This document shows, in pieces, positions 44,482 to 61,271 of a DNA stretch of 64,000 nt (position 1 is the stretch's first letter; each line of letters starts with the position of its first letter). Below the pieces are notes generated by a model that saw only the letters and a list, made by a program, of their open reading frames with translations, searched no databases and was not told the origin of the DNA. Origin of the DNA: the human T2T-CHM13v2.0 reference genome, Homo sapiens; the NCBI RefSeq assembly GCF_009914755.1, contig NC_060938.1, one strand, 5' to 3'. The position numbers and the translations under genes were made by a program.

Positions 44482-45094
44482 GTTAACTTCAACATTCCTG
44501 CCATATCCAATTCTAGTTATGATGCTTGTTCTGTCTTTTCAGACTTTGTTTTTCCCTTTTACTGTGCCTTATTATTTTTTGTTGATAGGTAGACATAATG
44601 TAAGTAAAAGGAACTGTGGTAAATAGTTTTTTAGTAATATACTGTTAAGGTGTGGGAGGTGGGGAAGTGATCTATAGTGCTTTAATTACACTTTTGATGA
44701 GCGTAATTTTATGGTTGGCATAAAATATCTTAGCATTTTAAAAAAGAGAATTCTTGATGCCTTTACCCCTTTCGGTGTGTGTGTCTGGAAAAAAAAGTTA
44801 ATACAACATTCCTGCCATATCTGATGCTGGTTCTGATGCTTGTTCTGTCTCTTCAGACTTTGTTTTTACCTTTCACTGTGCCTTATAAATTTTGTTGACA
44901 GGTAGATGTGATATACTAAATAAAAGAACTGTGGTAAATAGGTCTTTAGTAATGTACAATTAAGGTGAGGGAGGGGGGAAGTGTTCTGTAGTGCTTTAAT
45001 TACACTTTTGATGAGTGTAATTTTATGGTTGGCTCTCCCAATTTCTTTAGCATTTTAACAAAGAGATTCTTGCTTCCTTTACCCCTCTCTGTGT
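44482..45094. repeat. ~314-bp diverged tandem duplication
   Basis: caacattcctgccatatc... occurs at 44490 and 44804; the copies stay collinear through ...ctttacccct. Confidence 0.9.
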
Positions 45095-45365
45095 ATATTT
45101 TTTATATACCAGAAAGCAATAATTTTGCTCCAAATTGCTAAATGATTAAAAACAGAATTTTCCCCTTTCTGTGTATGTTTTCATTAGCCACTTTGACACA
45201 GATCAACTGAAAACATCCAATAACTACATTATACTGGAATGAATGAACTCAATGGATGCCCCCCCACCAGGTGAAAGCCTAAACATAATATAAAAATAAA
45301 TACTGAGTTGAAGCAAGTTTTATTTTCTGTTAGAGGGAATAGCTATGTCTAATATAAGTTAATAG

Positions 45366-45818
<453 letters not shown>

Positions 45819-47220
45819 TGAACCATTTTTTTTTTTCAAGTGACTCAAAACAACACAGCTTTGGTATTAGGACAACTCCCTTGTTAACAATATAAGAATA
45901 TTGGATATAATATTTTGGTAGTATTGAGAGTGCCATGATTTATAAAATCTTCTTAGTGAAGTCAACTGGTGACTACATTTAGTAGTTTTCTAGCCCTGTT
46001 TATAGATTTTTTTAAAATTATGAGATATGGTAAAGATAAAATGATTCCTAGATCAACTATACTGATTTCAGAATTGGTCTTTCTAAGAATGAATCTGATC
46101 TTGTAACCCACCTTTCAGAGTTCTCAAATCTCACCCCGATAACACTCACTTTGATTAACATCTTTCATTGGCTCCAACAATCTTCAAGATAAAATACAGA
46201 ATTCAGTAATAGCCCCCTTTCCCCTTACTGCTTCCACAAAAATTGCCCTATCCTTATTCGTTGCCTATCTACATTTAACCTATTGATTTTCTGGCCTTAC
46301 ATATGCTGGTCATTGCCTAGATTGCCCTTCCATATCCATCCTCTGACCCCTTTTTCCAGATAACATCTAATCCTTTGTTGCCTTATCTGAAGTCTTCTTT
46401 CATCACGTGCCCCATCTCATCCTAAGCTTTCCCTATCACAGTGCTTACTATTACAGTGAATTGAAATTTATTCTTCACAAGTCTTATTTCCCACTATACT
46501 CTGAGCACATTGAGAACAGAGATTATTTTAATCTTAGTATCCAGTATCTTTAGCACAGTGCTTGGCACACAGGAGGCACTTGAAGATGTTTGTTCAGTGA
46601 ATTAAAGTTATCTCAAGTGTAGATCATTTATTTAATCAACCTTTACCTTTAAAAAAAAACTCTTAAAATAATACCTGAAATGTGATGTTATTAAATGTTT
46701 TAAACTTTTAGCTACCAGTCATCATGTGTATAGTCAATAAGACCAGCACATGATACTGGGGTTCTTATGTCTTATGTGAAAATCAGTGGTGAACATTTTG
46801 TTTTTAATAGTAAATTTAAGAATATGAAAGTGCTTCTTTGGTCCTATATTCTTACAGTTTCCTTCAGAAATAGTTTCGATGTCAGTTACTCCCAGAAGTA
46901 TCTCTCCTTGCTAACTAGATTGGTTTACTAGCTCTCTACTTCTAAACCTAAAAATTAGTATTTTAAAAATACCAGAAAGCAATAATTTTGCTCAAAATTG
47001 CTAACGATTAAAAGCAGAACATTAAGTATACAATTATGTTAAATTGTTTTATTTTTAGTAATTGAGTGAAATTATGTGATTTCATTTCTAAACATATTTT
47101 TCTAAAACAAAGTAAAATTAATCAATGTAGCTATCAAATGCATCTAACTCTTCATATTCTGCTTTATATATATGATTGATTGACTAGAAATAAAATAATT
47201 TGGGCCTTCTGAAGCCTTAG

Positions 47221-47550
<330 letters not shown>

Positions 47551-47662
47551 AAGACTGACTTTTTAAATAGAAAAATTCATAGCTCTTCCTATGAGACCCC
47601 ACACAGAGAAATTTTAAATATGTTGGCCTTAAAGGTGTTAAATGTATGACATGCTTTAGACT

Positions 47663-48010
<348 letters not shown>

Positions 48011-48539
48011 TAAGGGAAATAAAAATGGTTTCCGTTTTTATAATTGCTAACATGAGATTTTGAGGATAATTGGTGATTTGTGTGCTTGAAAACTGTAATG
48101 GCAACATTCACAAAATCGTTATAAGTTTTTAAAGATATGTGTATGGGCATATGCTTTCTGGAAAAGAGGGCACTGATAAAAGTAGTTTGAGAATCATGAA
48201 GAGTTAAGTTACCTCATTGGAGCAAAATACGAGGTATAGTTAGTTTTCTCCTCTCCTCCCAAATTCCACTGTGCCCTCCAAAAAAGGTGGAGCAGATTAC
48301 AAAGGACAGTTGGCTGTTTGGAAAAAGAAAAAAAAATGTTTAGCTGATATTATCATTTAGTCTTTTTCAGTGAATACTAACCATACATGTATGACATATA
48401 TATAAAAATGAGATTTTTGTGCCTAAATGTTTCTAATTTACTTAGACAAAAATGTGAAGATTAAAAGATAATATAGCAAATTAGAGATTTAAACATCAAA
48501 TTACTGATAGAAGCAGTAGTTACTAAAAGAAGATCAAAA

Positions 48540-48985
48540 CCAGGAGCAGTGGCACATGCCTGTAATCCCAACACTTTGGGAGGCCAAGGCAGAAGGATTG
48601 CTTGAGCCCAGGAGTTTGAGAGCAGCCTGGACAATATGGTAGGACTCTAAAAAAATACAAAAATTAGCCAGGCATGGTGGCACATGTCTATAGTCCCAGC
48701 TACTTGGGAGACTCAGGTGGAGGATCACTTGAGCCTGGGAGGTCGAGGCTGTAATAAGCTGAGATCATAGTGTCACTGCACACTAGCCTGGGAGACAAAG
48801 TGAGACCTTGTCTCAAAAATTAAAAAAAAGAGAAAAAAAAAAGAAGAAGAAGATCAAGAGCCAGGCATGGTGGCATATACCTATAGGCCTGTAGTCTCAG
48901 CTCCTCAGGAGGCTGAGACAGGAGGATCATTTGAGCTCAGGAGTTCAAGGCCAGACTAGTCAACATTGCAAGATCCCATCTCTCT
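48540..48985 (+). mobile_element. Alu (J-like) followed by a FLAM-like monomer
   Basis: Alu consensus; TSD-like agaagatcaa. Confidence 0.85.
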
Positions 48986-49222
48986 CTCTTTTTTTTTTTA
49001 ATGTCACTAACCAATCCTACATGTGGACAAAATAGAAATAACAGATTAAAAAAAAAGGTTAGAGTAAGATGAATTTTGATATAACAATTAGGAGTCAAAA
49101 TACTGGATTCTAGTACCAGTTTAGCTTTGTGATTGTGGACTTGACATAAATTTTGTATCCCTAATTTGCTTACCTATAAGTCACCATTAATAATAATAAT
49201 AATAATACTGTTTTCAAAGGCA

Positions 49223-49577
49223 GCTATTCTTCTTCCTGCTGCTGTAACAAAATGTCTTAGACTGGGTAATTTATAAACAATAGACATTTATTGCTCCCAG
49301 TTCTGGGGACTGGGAAATCCAAGATCAAGGCATTGGCAAATTCAGCGTCCAGTTAAGGCTCTCTGCTTCATAGACAGCACCTTCTTGCTGTGTCCTTATG
49401 GGGTGGAAGGGACAAACAAGCTCCCACAGGCCTGTTTTATAAGGGCACTAATCCCATACTTGAGGGTGGAGCCCTCATGACCTAATCACCTCCCAAAGGC
49501 CCTACCTCTTACTACCATCACGTTGGGGATTAGATTTCAACATGATTTTTAAGGGGACACTTATTCAGACTATTGCA
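49223..49577 (-). mobile_element. MLT1A/MST-type solo LTR
   Basis: gactgggtaatttataaa...aagatcaagg...gccctcatgacctaatcacctcccaaaggc...cagactattgca. Confidence 0.78.
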
Positions 49578-50400
49578 GCAGCTAACTCTTAAATAGCACT
49601 TACTCTATGCCAGGCATTATTCTATACACAAAGGTTAAATAACTTCCTTAAGGTCTCTTAGCTAGTGAGTGGCAGAGCTGATTTGAATGTAGGCAAAATG
49701 ACTCCAGAGTTGGTGCCTTAACCATTTCACTATCAAATGATCTATAACTAACCTCTTTTCTCTGTACAGATTTTTTCATTTGAGCACCTTGGGAAATTAG
49801 CAGAGAGTTCCTGAAAAAGGTGAATGTGACCTGCTTCTTGACAGGAGCTAAGGCTTCAAATGGTCAGGAAGGTAAAATGCATTCCTGGCAAGGGAGATGG
49901 CTTGAAGAGATGGCATAAGGCATGATACAAGAGTGTGCTTAGTATGTGATTCCTTTGGAATCCTCAGCTCCTAATGAACCACTGAGCCTCAGAGCAAAGT
50001 ATATTAGTGTTATAATATTGAAAAAAAAATCTAGACTATGGATAACCTTATTTAGTAGCTGAAGCTGGCCTCCTCTGTAGTCTTAAGACTCCACATAGCA
50101 GGTCTCAGTACTTCCTTTTATGTATGTCACATATTCATGTGTCCTCCATACTCAGTTACAGGTCTGGCTCCTGGCCTGATTTGTACTGGCTCTTGGCCAG
50201 GCTCTCTGCTTTAACATTTACAGTCCACTGTTAATCTGTTATTTCTATCTTGTCCACATGTAGGATTGGTTAGTGACATTAAATACAAAATTTCCAGAAA
50301 AAAAATCATGAATATTTCAATTACATACTCCTGTAGCTCATTTTGGAGATAAATAGACCAGTTTGTTTGGAAGGATGATTTTTTAAATGTAATAGTGGCA

Positions 50401-50700
50401 GGCCGGGCGGGTGGCTTACACTTGTAATTGCACCACTTTGAGAGGTCAGTGTGGGTGAGGGAAGCGGAGCAGATCACTTGAGGTCAGGAGTTTGAGACCA
50501 GCCTGGCCAACATAGTGAAACCTTGTCTCTAGTAAAAATACAAAAATTAGTTGGGCATGGTGGCATGCACCTGTAATCCCAGCTACCCAGGAGGCTGAGG
50601 CAAGAAAATCACTTGAACCCAGGAGGCAGAGGTTGGAGTGAACCCAGATGGTGCCACTGCACTCCAGCCATGGCAACAGAGTGAGACTCGGTCCCCACCC
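50401..50700 (+). mobile_element. Alu (S-like)
   Basis: Alu consensus with little A tail. Confidence 0.88.
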
Positions 50701-51834
50701 TGCCAAAAGTAGTAGTGGGAAATATGATTACAAGAGTGAGGCAGGGGCTAGATTGGAGACTCTTGAATACCATGCTAAGGAATTTAACCTGTTATTTTGA
50801 CAGTAATTTCAGATTGCTGGAGGGTTTTTGTTTGTTTCTCTTTTGGGGGAGGGGGTCTTTTCTTTTTAAAACAATGTTTAGAAAAATTAATCACAAAAGC
50901 AGCAATGTGTAGTTTAAACCAATTAGATACTTATTAGACTGATTTAGATGTGAGTTGTTCAGTTTTATGAGGATTAGCAGGGTATCAGGATTAGGAAAAA
51001 AGGGATGGATGCAAGAGATATTTCAAAGGATTTAGTGACTAAGTGTTGGAGGAGAGGAGAGGGAGGAATAACTAAAATTTGAACAAAGTAACTAAACTCA
51101 TCATAGGTCCATGAAGAGATAAGAAAGTCTAGAAGTAGGAAATTAATTTGGGGGGAAATATGAATTTTTGGTGAAGGAAGATAGAATATTCTACTTGAAT
51201 TAGAAGACTGTTATTTAAGAGACATGAATATAGCTGGAGATATAGATTCTGGAAGTCGTGTGCTGAAGTAATTGCTAAAACTGTGAGAATGGATGGGCTG
51301 TCCAGTGAATGACATACAGAACGAGAGAGAGAGGGTAAGATCAAATCTTGTTATATAAACCCATTTAGAGAATAGCAGTAGGAGATATAACCAAATAAAG
51401 CAAAGAGAAGTGTGCCCACGAGTTGGAAGAGAGCCAAGAAAGAAATAGGTTTTAGAATCAAAGTGGTGAGGGAGTTTCAAGGAGTCATCAGTGTTAAATG
51501 TGGCACAGAGCTTGGGGAGAATGAAAATTGGAAAGCACCATTTGTTCTTATACATTACAGCCTACTACTTGTAAAGTGATTTTTGAAGGTACTTTTCTCT
51601 TAATTTTATCTTTCTTAATGTCCTCTTAAGTTTTCTGATTGTAAAAAAGTTATACATGCTCATTATAGAAAATTTGAAAAATATGGGAAAGCACAGAGGA
51701 AAAGTTTGTGCTTTTTTGTATTTCAAAAAATTAATCTCACTCCTAGAGGTCTACAATTAATAATTTGTTTCCTATGCTTTCAGTATAATTTCAGTTTATG
51801 AATACAAGGTATAGATTCTTCTATCCATCAGTGA

Positions 51835-52158
<324 letters not shown>

Positions 52159-54519
52159 GAACATTTTTTTCTTTAACATCAAATAATCTGTAATGGGATT
52201 TTTGATAGCTATTTAATATTATATAATATCGTGGTGTGTTTAACTTATCTCTTACTTTGGAATATTTAGACTTTTAATTCTGTTTTTGTTTCTGCTATTT
52301 AGTGGATTCTTTTTGTGCTCTGACATATTACAGATTGATAACCAGATTACTATGATATTTCAAGTTTGCATCTCTTTCTATGTATTTAGGAGTGTTTTAA
52401 TGGGTTAGTGGCATCAAGTAAATCAGACATCATTAGCTGGCTACCATTTAGCTTTATTTTTCCTAACAGATTTCACTACAATGTGGTAGGAATCATAGTA
52501 GTCAGTAACCTAGACTAAAAAGTAAGGAGTATACTTGCTTCATGTGTATGTGGGCACGAGGTCTGTAGTTTTTTCAAGGTAGAGGAATTGATTATTGGAA
52601 GGTCACTGGGACATATAAAAGGGCAGTTTTAGTAGACTGTTACAGGCGGAGACCAAATTTAAAAGTTTATGAGGTGAATTGATGAGGAAACAGGCAGTAA
52701 GAAGTTATTCAGCATCTGTCTTTTTAATCATCTAATTTGTGCAAAACTGAGTGGGAGTTTATAAACTACTCTTTATAGCACTGCCGTAGGATTTTTGCCT
52801 CATTTAGTATTTAGCACATGTGAGTCATTTATTCCTTCTTCTCAATGATGGTAAACAGTATGATGGTAGGGACTGTTTTATTTTTTTGTTTAATTAGTTT
52901 TTGTTTTTGTAACAGCACTAACTACAGTGCTCTTCCCACAAATATCAACAAATACCTGTTAAATAAGAAAACATTTAAGGGTTTGACAGTGAAAGAAAAG
53001 ACCAAGCAAGATAACAGCACAGGGATATAACAGGATAAGTTATTACTGTGCTTTATTTTTAAGTAAGGAACACCTGATTTGGAAGAGTCAGAAAGGAGCC
53101 ATCTGTGAATTAAACATGCCGACTCTGTGTCTTTATTATGGTAGGTGTTAAACATGCAAAATGCAGGAGATTCAGTCTCTGCAGTCATACTGGAGAGGGA
53201 AAGGAAAGGAGATATGTTCCTAACTAAAGATTAAATGGGTCAAGAACACAAGTATAGAGAGAGGTTAGCTTTGGGATAGAGGAGGAAGTCTTTTTCTCTG
53301 AAGTTAAAGGAAAAACAAAGAGAAGATGACTTAAAATATTAAAAATTTTTGAGGTAGCAGGAAAGGGTGTGTGTTTTAAGTCAAAAGAAAGGAAGATATG
53401 AGTTTAGTGCAGTGTTTATCAAATTTTAATATGCAAATGAATTGCCTTAGGATCTTGTTAAAATACAGATTCTGATTTAGTTTGTCTAAACTGGGGCCTG
53501 AGCCTATATGTCAAATAAGCTCCTAGGTATTGCTGATGCTGGTGGTCTGTGAACCACTTTGTGAGAACAAGGCTTCCAGATTCTGTTAAACTAAGGGGCA
53601 ATTAAAAATGAAAAATAGAACATTAGAGATTTTAAGAATGTGGGATTTAGAACAGTTAATATAACAAATTTGATAAGAAATTAGAAAAACTAAAATTATT
53701 AAATTGTACTAATGTGTTTGGTATGGGTTAATCCTAAAACTTGAGATTTTCCTTGGATGTTGGATTGTTTCTGAAAAGATTTAATTTTCTTTTTAAAATT
53801 ATATTGTGATGCATGAAGAGTTTTAAAAACTTTTATTTTTTATGCTTGTGAAAATCATAAACGACACAAAAGCATATCTACTCTTAGTGTAAATGTTGCT
53901 TATGTCAGAGCTATGTAGAATGAACTGTTGGCAACAGGATATTTTACAGCAGAAAATGTAGAAGCTACTACCGGTATGTAAGTTTTTTGAGGCATTTGTT
54001 TTAGTCACCTTGCATGAATAGTGGGTAAACTAATTAAAATTTGGAGAACAATAAGAATATTAATTGCTATTTTATTTTTCATGTGGAAATTGAATTTAAG
54101 AAAGAGTTTATAGGACAAAACTTGTTATTACCTTAACATATGATTATGAGATATGTGTCTACAGATAAATGTTACAATGTTTATTAAGAGTAACAGTATT
54201 TAAAGCAAAGTAAGAAAGTGAGAATATCCATATCTTTTAGAAGAAATAAAGCGGTTAAAATGATTTAAAACAGACTAAAGACATGGAAAATATTTTAATG
54301 GTACATAATAATAATAATATTAAAAATATATCCATTTTTGTGAACTCACCATTTCTGTGATTGTTAATATATCTTTAGACACATACAAACATGGAATTAG
54401 ATAACATCTAAAATTTCAAAAATTTTAAATAAATTTAAACATAATTAACCTTAAAAGTATATTAAATAAGACAATGTATATATTATATTTATTGTTATCA
54501 TCTTAAAAAAGCTGTAACA

Positions 54520-55325
<806 letters not shown>

Positions 55326-55401
55326 TTTCAGATCCTTTTTAAGCGGCAAAAATAAGCATGTGTGTTAACATCATCCCAAAGCATATATGTATCCTTTAAC
55401 T

Positions 55402-55778
55402 CAGCAGTCCCCAATCCTTTTGGAATCAGGGACCAGTTTCATGGAAGATAATTTTTCCATAGACTAGGGGGTGGGGGATGGTTTCAGGATGAACCTGTTC
55501 CACCTCAAATCATCAGACGTTAGATTCTTAGAAGGAGTGTGCAACCTAGATTCCTTGCATATGCAGTTCACAATAGGGTTTGTGCTCCTATGAGAATCTA
55601 ATACCACCGCTGATCTGACAGGAGGCAGAGCTCAGGCAATAATCCCAGTGATGGGGAGCTACTGTAAATACATTTGAAGCTTTGCTCCCTTGCCCGCCGC
55701 TCACCTCCTGCTGTGTGGCTGGGTTCCTAACAGGCCAGGACCAGTAGCAGTCCATGGCCCAGGAGTTGGGAAACTCTG
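55402..55778. mobile_element. MER1-type hAT MITE
   Basis: cagcagtccccaatcctttt...gggaccagtttcatggaaga...gttgggaaactctg; 8-bp TSD CTTTAACT/CTTTAACC. Confidence 0.85.
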
Positions 55779-56305
55779 CTTTAACCTATTCATTGGTTAT
55801 TCTATGATGTATAAATATAAGACACAAGAGTAAATTATAAAAACAAGTTTGATGATCAGTGATTTGCATTTTTATCTTAATTAGAAATTGTTCAGGATCT
55901 AAAGAGTTTTCATTAATTCAATTTTAGTCCAAAATCTTAAAGTTAGCTAAGGGTCTGAAAATTACAATAGAAGCTGATATATTAAGCATTATAAGATTTA
56001 TGGCATTATAAGAATTGACCTATTTTTATAAAGGTATTGTCTTATAAAACTTAGTTGAAGACATGATTTTACAATTTTGTATTTTGAAAGTAGTGTTGTT
56101 AATGTATACAATCTGTGAAACCATTAGAGGAAATTTAAGAAATTTAAGTTAATTAGGTTTTTCTGAGAAAAACCTATGGTACAGCTTGCACAACTATATC
56201 ATACTAATATTATTCTTACATGGTGGTAAAATCTAGACAAATAACTGTTTTTAAGCAAGTATAATTTGTCCAAAGAGTTATCTTAATTAGATGACTTATG
56301 TGAAC

Positions 56306-56610
56306 TTTTTTGTTGTTGTTAGAGACAGAGCCTTGCTCTGTTGCTCATGCTGGAGTGTAGTGGCATAATCATAGCTCACTACAACCTCAAACTCCTGGGT
56401 TTGAGCGATCCCCCTACCTCAGCCTCCCGAGTAGCTAGGACTACAGGCTGGGGCCAACATACCCAGCTAATTTTTTAATTTTTCATAGAGACAAGATCTT
56501 GCTCTGTTGCCTGTTGCCTAGGCTGGTGTTGAACTGCTGGCCCCAAGTGATCCTTCTTCCTTGGCCTTCCAAAGTGCTGGGATTACAGGCATGAGCCACC
56601 ACTCCTGGCC
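56306..56610 (-). mobile_element. Alu (J-like)
   Basis: Alu consensus. Confidence 0.88.
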
Positions 56611-56738
56611 CAACTTTTTCTAAACAATTATATGCCAGATACTACAGATACTAAAACTTTGAAGTTTATTAAGAATTTTTTTTTTCTTGTTCTTTTACCA
56701 AGTGACTGAGGTATTTAAACTCAAAACTAACCTGTGTT

Positions 56739-57053
56739 GGCTGGGCGCGGTGGCTCGAGCCTGTAATCCCAGCACTTTGGGAGGCCCAGGCGGGCAGATC
56801 ACGAGGTCAGGAGATTGAGAACATCCTGGCTAACACGGTGTAACCCCATCTCTACTAAAAATACAAAAAATTAGCCGGGCGTGGTGGCGGGTGCCTGTAG
56901 TCCTAGCTCCTCGGGAGGCTGAGGCAGAAGAATGGTGTGAACCCAGGAGGCGAGCTTGCAGTGAACCGAGATTGCGCCACTGCACTCCAGCCTGGGCGAC
57001 AGAGCGAGACTCTGTCTCAAAAAAAAAAAAAAAGAAAGAAAAAAGAAAAAAAA
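56739..57053 (+). mobile_element. AluY-like
   Basis: CpG-rich, Y diagnostics, long A tail. Confidence 0.92.
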
Positions 57054-57101
57054 ATGTTGTTGCCAAAATGTAAATTGAGGTGAAAACACAGTTTAGTTTT
57101 A

Positions 57102-57252
57102 GCCTGCCACCACACCCGGCTAATTTTTTGTATTTTTAGTAGAGACGGGGTTTCACCATGTTGGCCAGGATGGTCTCGATCTGACCTCGTGATCTGCCCG
57201 CCTCGGCCTCCCAAAGTGCTGGGATTACAAGTGTGAGCCACTGTGCCCAGCC
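57102..57252 (-). mobile_element. Alu left arm plus linker only (3' part missing)
   Basis: gcctgccaccacacccggctaa...ccactgtgcccagcc. Confidence 0.88.
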
Positions 57253-57304
57253 ATAACATTTTTTTTTCTTAAAGAGACAATATATTTAAAATACATAAAA
57301 AGTA

Positions 57305-58274
<970 letters not shown>

Positions 58275-58608
58275 TCGTAAAAGCTTTTGAGTTTTATTTA
58301 ATCCAATATGATATAAGCACTTAACGTATTAATATGATGTTTATGAGCCAATTGAAACAGCTTGTTCCAGCTAATTTTATCCTGATTTATTAATACTGCC
58401 CATAGGGTAGACAGTATATATCAATTTGTGTGCTCAAAAAATATTTCATTCTCATGAAATAACAAATTTTTCTCTTTTTTATAACATAGATAATCTAATT
58501 TTGATTAACCAGCAGAATTTAAGATGGAAGCAGGTACCAAACTATTAGGAATGTTGATCAGTTAAAGAGACAAAAACATATATTCCTTGTAGCAGAAGTA
58601 TTATTGTT

Positions 58609-59125
58609 GAGTGGTAGTTTCAAATATGTTTTCATAAATTCTTTGAGATTCTTCCTTTGAAGAGTTGGAGTCTAATTCCCCTCTGAGTGTGTTTGGATTT
58701 AATATAGCTCATTTCTAACAACTGAAGTAGAAGTAATAGTGTGTGATTTCAGAAACTAGGTCATAAAAAGGCACTGCAGCTTCCATGTCAGTTGCTCTCG
58801 CTCACTTGACTTGCTCTGAAGGAAGCCAGCTGCCATGTCTTGAGTAGCCCCTTGGGAGGCCCAAATGGCAAGGAACAGAGGCTTCCTGACAGTAACCACG
58901 TGAGTGAACTTCAGTGATTTTCAAGTATCAGTCAAGCCTTCAGTTGACAACAGCCTAGCTAACATTTTGATTGCAGCCTTAGAGTAACCTGAAACATCCA
59001 GCTAAGCCACTTAGCCAGAATCAACCAGCTAAGCTGCTTCCAAATTCCTGTTCCACTGAAAAAGAGATAACAAGTGTTTGTTGTTTTAATCTACCATTTA
59101 GGGATAACACATTAAACAGCAATAC
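58609..59125 (+). mobile_element. MLT1-type LTR
   Basis: ggaagccagctgccatgtc...ccagctaagc...caaattcctg...tgttgttttaa. Confidence 0.7.
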
Positions 59126-59577
59126 ATAATGATAGTTGTAATTCCCAAAAATTTGATAAGACACTTTTTTTCGATGTCCATATCTTATACAATGACATTG
59201 AATTTTCTGTGTTTTTAAAATGCTGAACTTGCCTAAGATTTGGAAAACTGTTAAATATTATTTTATTTGGCTTTTGGAAGACATTTTTCTGACTCACTTC
59301 ATCTAATTTATAATTAAATAAATGTTTTCACCATCCGTTCTTTAGCTTTAGAGTTCCGAAGTAATGTTAATTTGCAGTTATTCAATTATTTGTAGAAATC
59401 AAAGAAAACTGATCATTGAATGTTATAAATTTTGTTTCCTTTCTTCTGTGGTATAGAATTCCATTTTTGTAGACAGTGACAGGTAGGGTCCATAATAAGC
59501 AAACATGAAAAAGCCTTGAGTTTTGGAAGGAGAAGAGTAAAGGAGCAGCCTATATCAGTACATTAAAAAAAAAAAAC

Positions 59578-60159
59578 TGTATTAGTCCATTCTCATACTA
59601 CTATAAAGAATCAGCATTTTGTTCAAAACCACAAGTCTCTAGGAAGTTCCAGGCTTTTCCACATCTTCCTGTTTTCTTCTGAGCCCTCCAGACTGTTCTA
59701 GCCTCTGCCTGTTACCCAGTTCCAAAGTCACTTCCACATTTTCAAGTGTCTTTATAGCAGTACCTCACTACCTCAGTACCAATAAACTATAATAGTCCAT
59801 TCTTACACTGCTATAAAGAACTGCCCAAGACTGGGTAATTTATAAAGAAAAGAAGTTTAATTGACTCACAGTTTTGCATGGCTGGGGAGGCCTCAGGAAA
59901 CTTACAATCATAGTGGAAGGAGAAGAGGCACATCTTACATGGCAGCAGGTGAGAGAGAGCGAATATGTGAAAGAGGAACTGTCAGACACTTGTAAGACCA
60001 TCAGGCCTCATGAGAATTCACTATCATGAGAACAGCATGGGGGACATGGTCCCCATGATCCAGTCACCTCCCACCAAGTCTCTCCCTTGATATGTGGGGA
60101 TTATGAGGATTACAATTCAAGACAAGATTTGGGTAGGGACACAAAGTTTAACCATATCA
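59578..60159 (-). mobile_element. THE1-type MaLR remnant with a large internal deletion
   Basis: 33-bp LTR end + ~160-bp internal + full LTR; TSD AAAAC/TAAAC. Confidence 0.8.
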
Positions 60160-60829
60160 TAAACATAAATGAAAAGACAATAAGGAAAGCAGATTCTAGA
60201 TTCCCTGCCAGGTGCCACCTGACTATACTATCATCCAGCAGAAATCACCAAATAGACCGTAAAATCAAAACCCAGTTTCACCCACTGCTGCCGTCTGTGT
60301 GAACACAATTGTCCATGTGCTCAGTCAGAATCAGCCTTTGCCAAGAATATAGTTGCACACATATCTTTGTGTATTATATTGTGGCACATGAGCCACATTG
60401 CTCAGTCACTTATATGAGGAAAGTTTAACTGAGAACTCAAGACTCTAGGTCTCAGAAAGGATGCACTTTCAGGCCACATGTTTAACTCTCCTGTTTGGAC
60501 TCAGAGGGACAATATATTAGTGAAATCTACAGAAATAAATGTCAAACAAAGAATCAGAGACATTTAGTTGGTTATTTCACACACTAGTTATTTTGCATGC
60601 AGTTTGCAATATTTTTTCCTCTCTTTGATCAGTCCTGGTTCTTCCTTGATTCAGCTGATTACCTTACTTTTAGCATGTATGAAAACAAACTGCACACAAA
60701 ATAGCTAAATAGTCTGTATTTTGTTTGCACATTTTATGGGTGTGGTTAGCTGACGGCTACAGAGAGTTCAGTGTGGGTATTCTCCCTTTGTGTAGGCAGT
60801 TTACAGATATTTTAAAAAAAACACTTTGG

Positions 60830-61271
60830 GTTTTTTTCTTTTGTTTTTGAGATGGGGTCTTACTGTGTTGCCCAGGTCGGTCTTGGACTTGGGCTCAAGT
60901 GACCCTCCCACCTCAGCCTCCCAAAATGCAGGGATTACAGGTGTGAGCCACTACACCCAGCTGAGGCTTTTTTTTTTTTTTTTTTTTTTTGGAGACAAGG
61001 TCTCACTCTGTCTTCCAAGCTAGAGTGCTGTGGCACAGTTATGGCTCACTGCAGCCTCGACCCCCAGGCTCAAGTGATCCTCCCACCTCAGCCTCCTAAG
61101 TTACTGGGACTACCGGAATGCAACACCAGGCCTGGTTAATTTTTTATTTTTTGTAGAGATGGGGTCTTGCCATGTTGCCCAGGCTGGTCTCAAACTCCTG
61201 AGCTCAAATAATCCTCCCACCTCCACCTCTCAAAGTGCTGAGATTAAAAGCATGAGCCACTGCACTCAGCC
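60830..61271 (-). mobile_element. FLAM-like monomer followed by Alu (J-like)
   Basis: Alu consensus. Confidence 0.85.
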
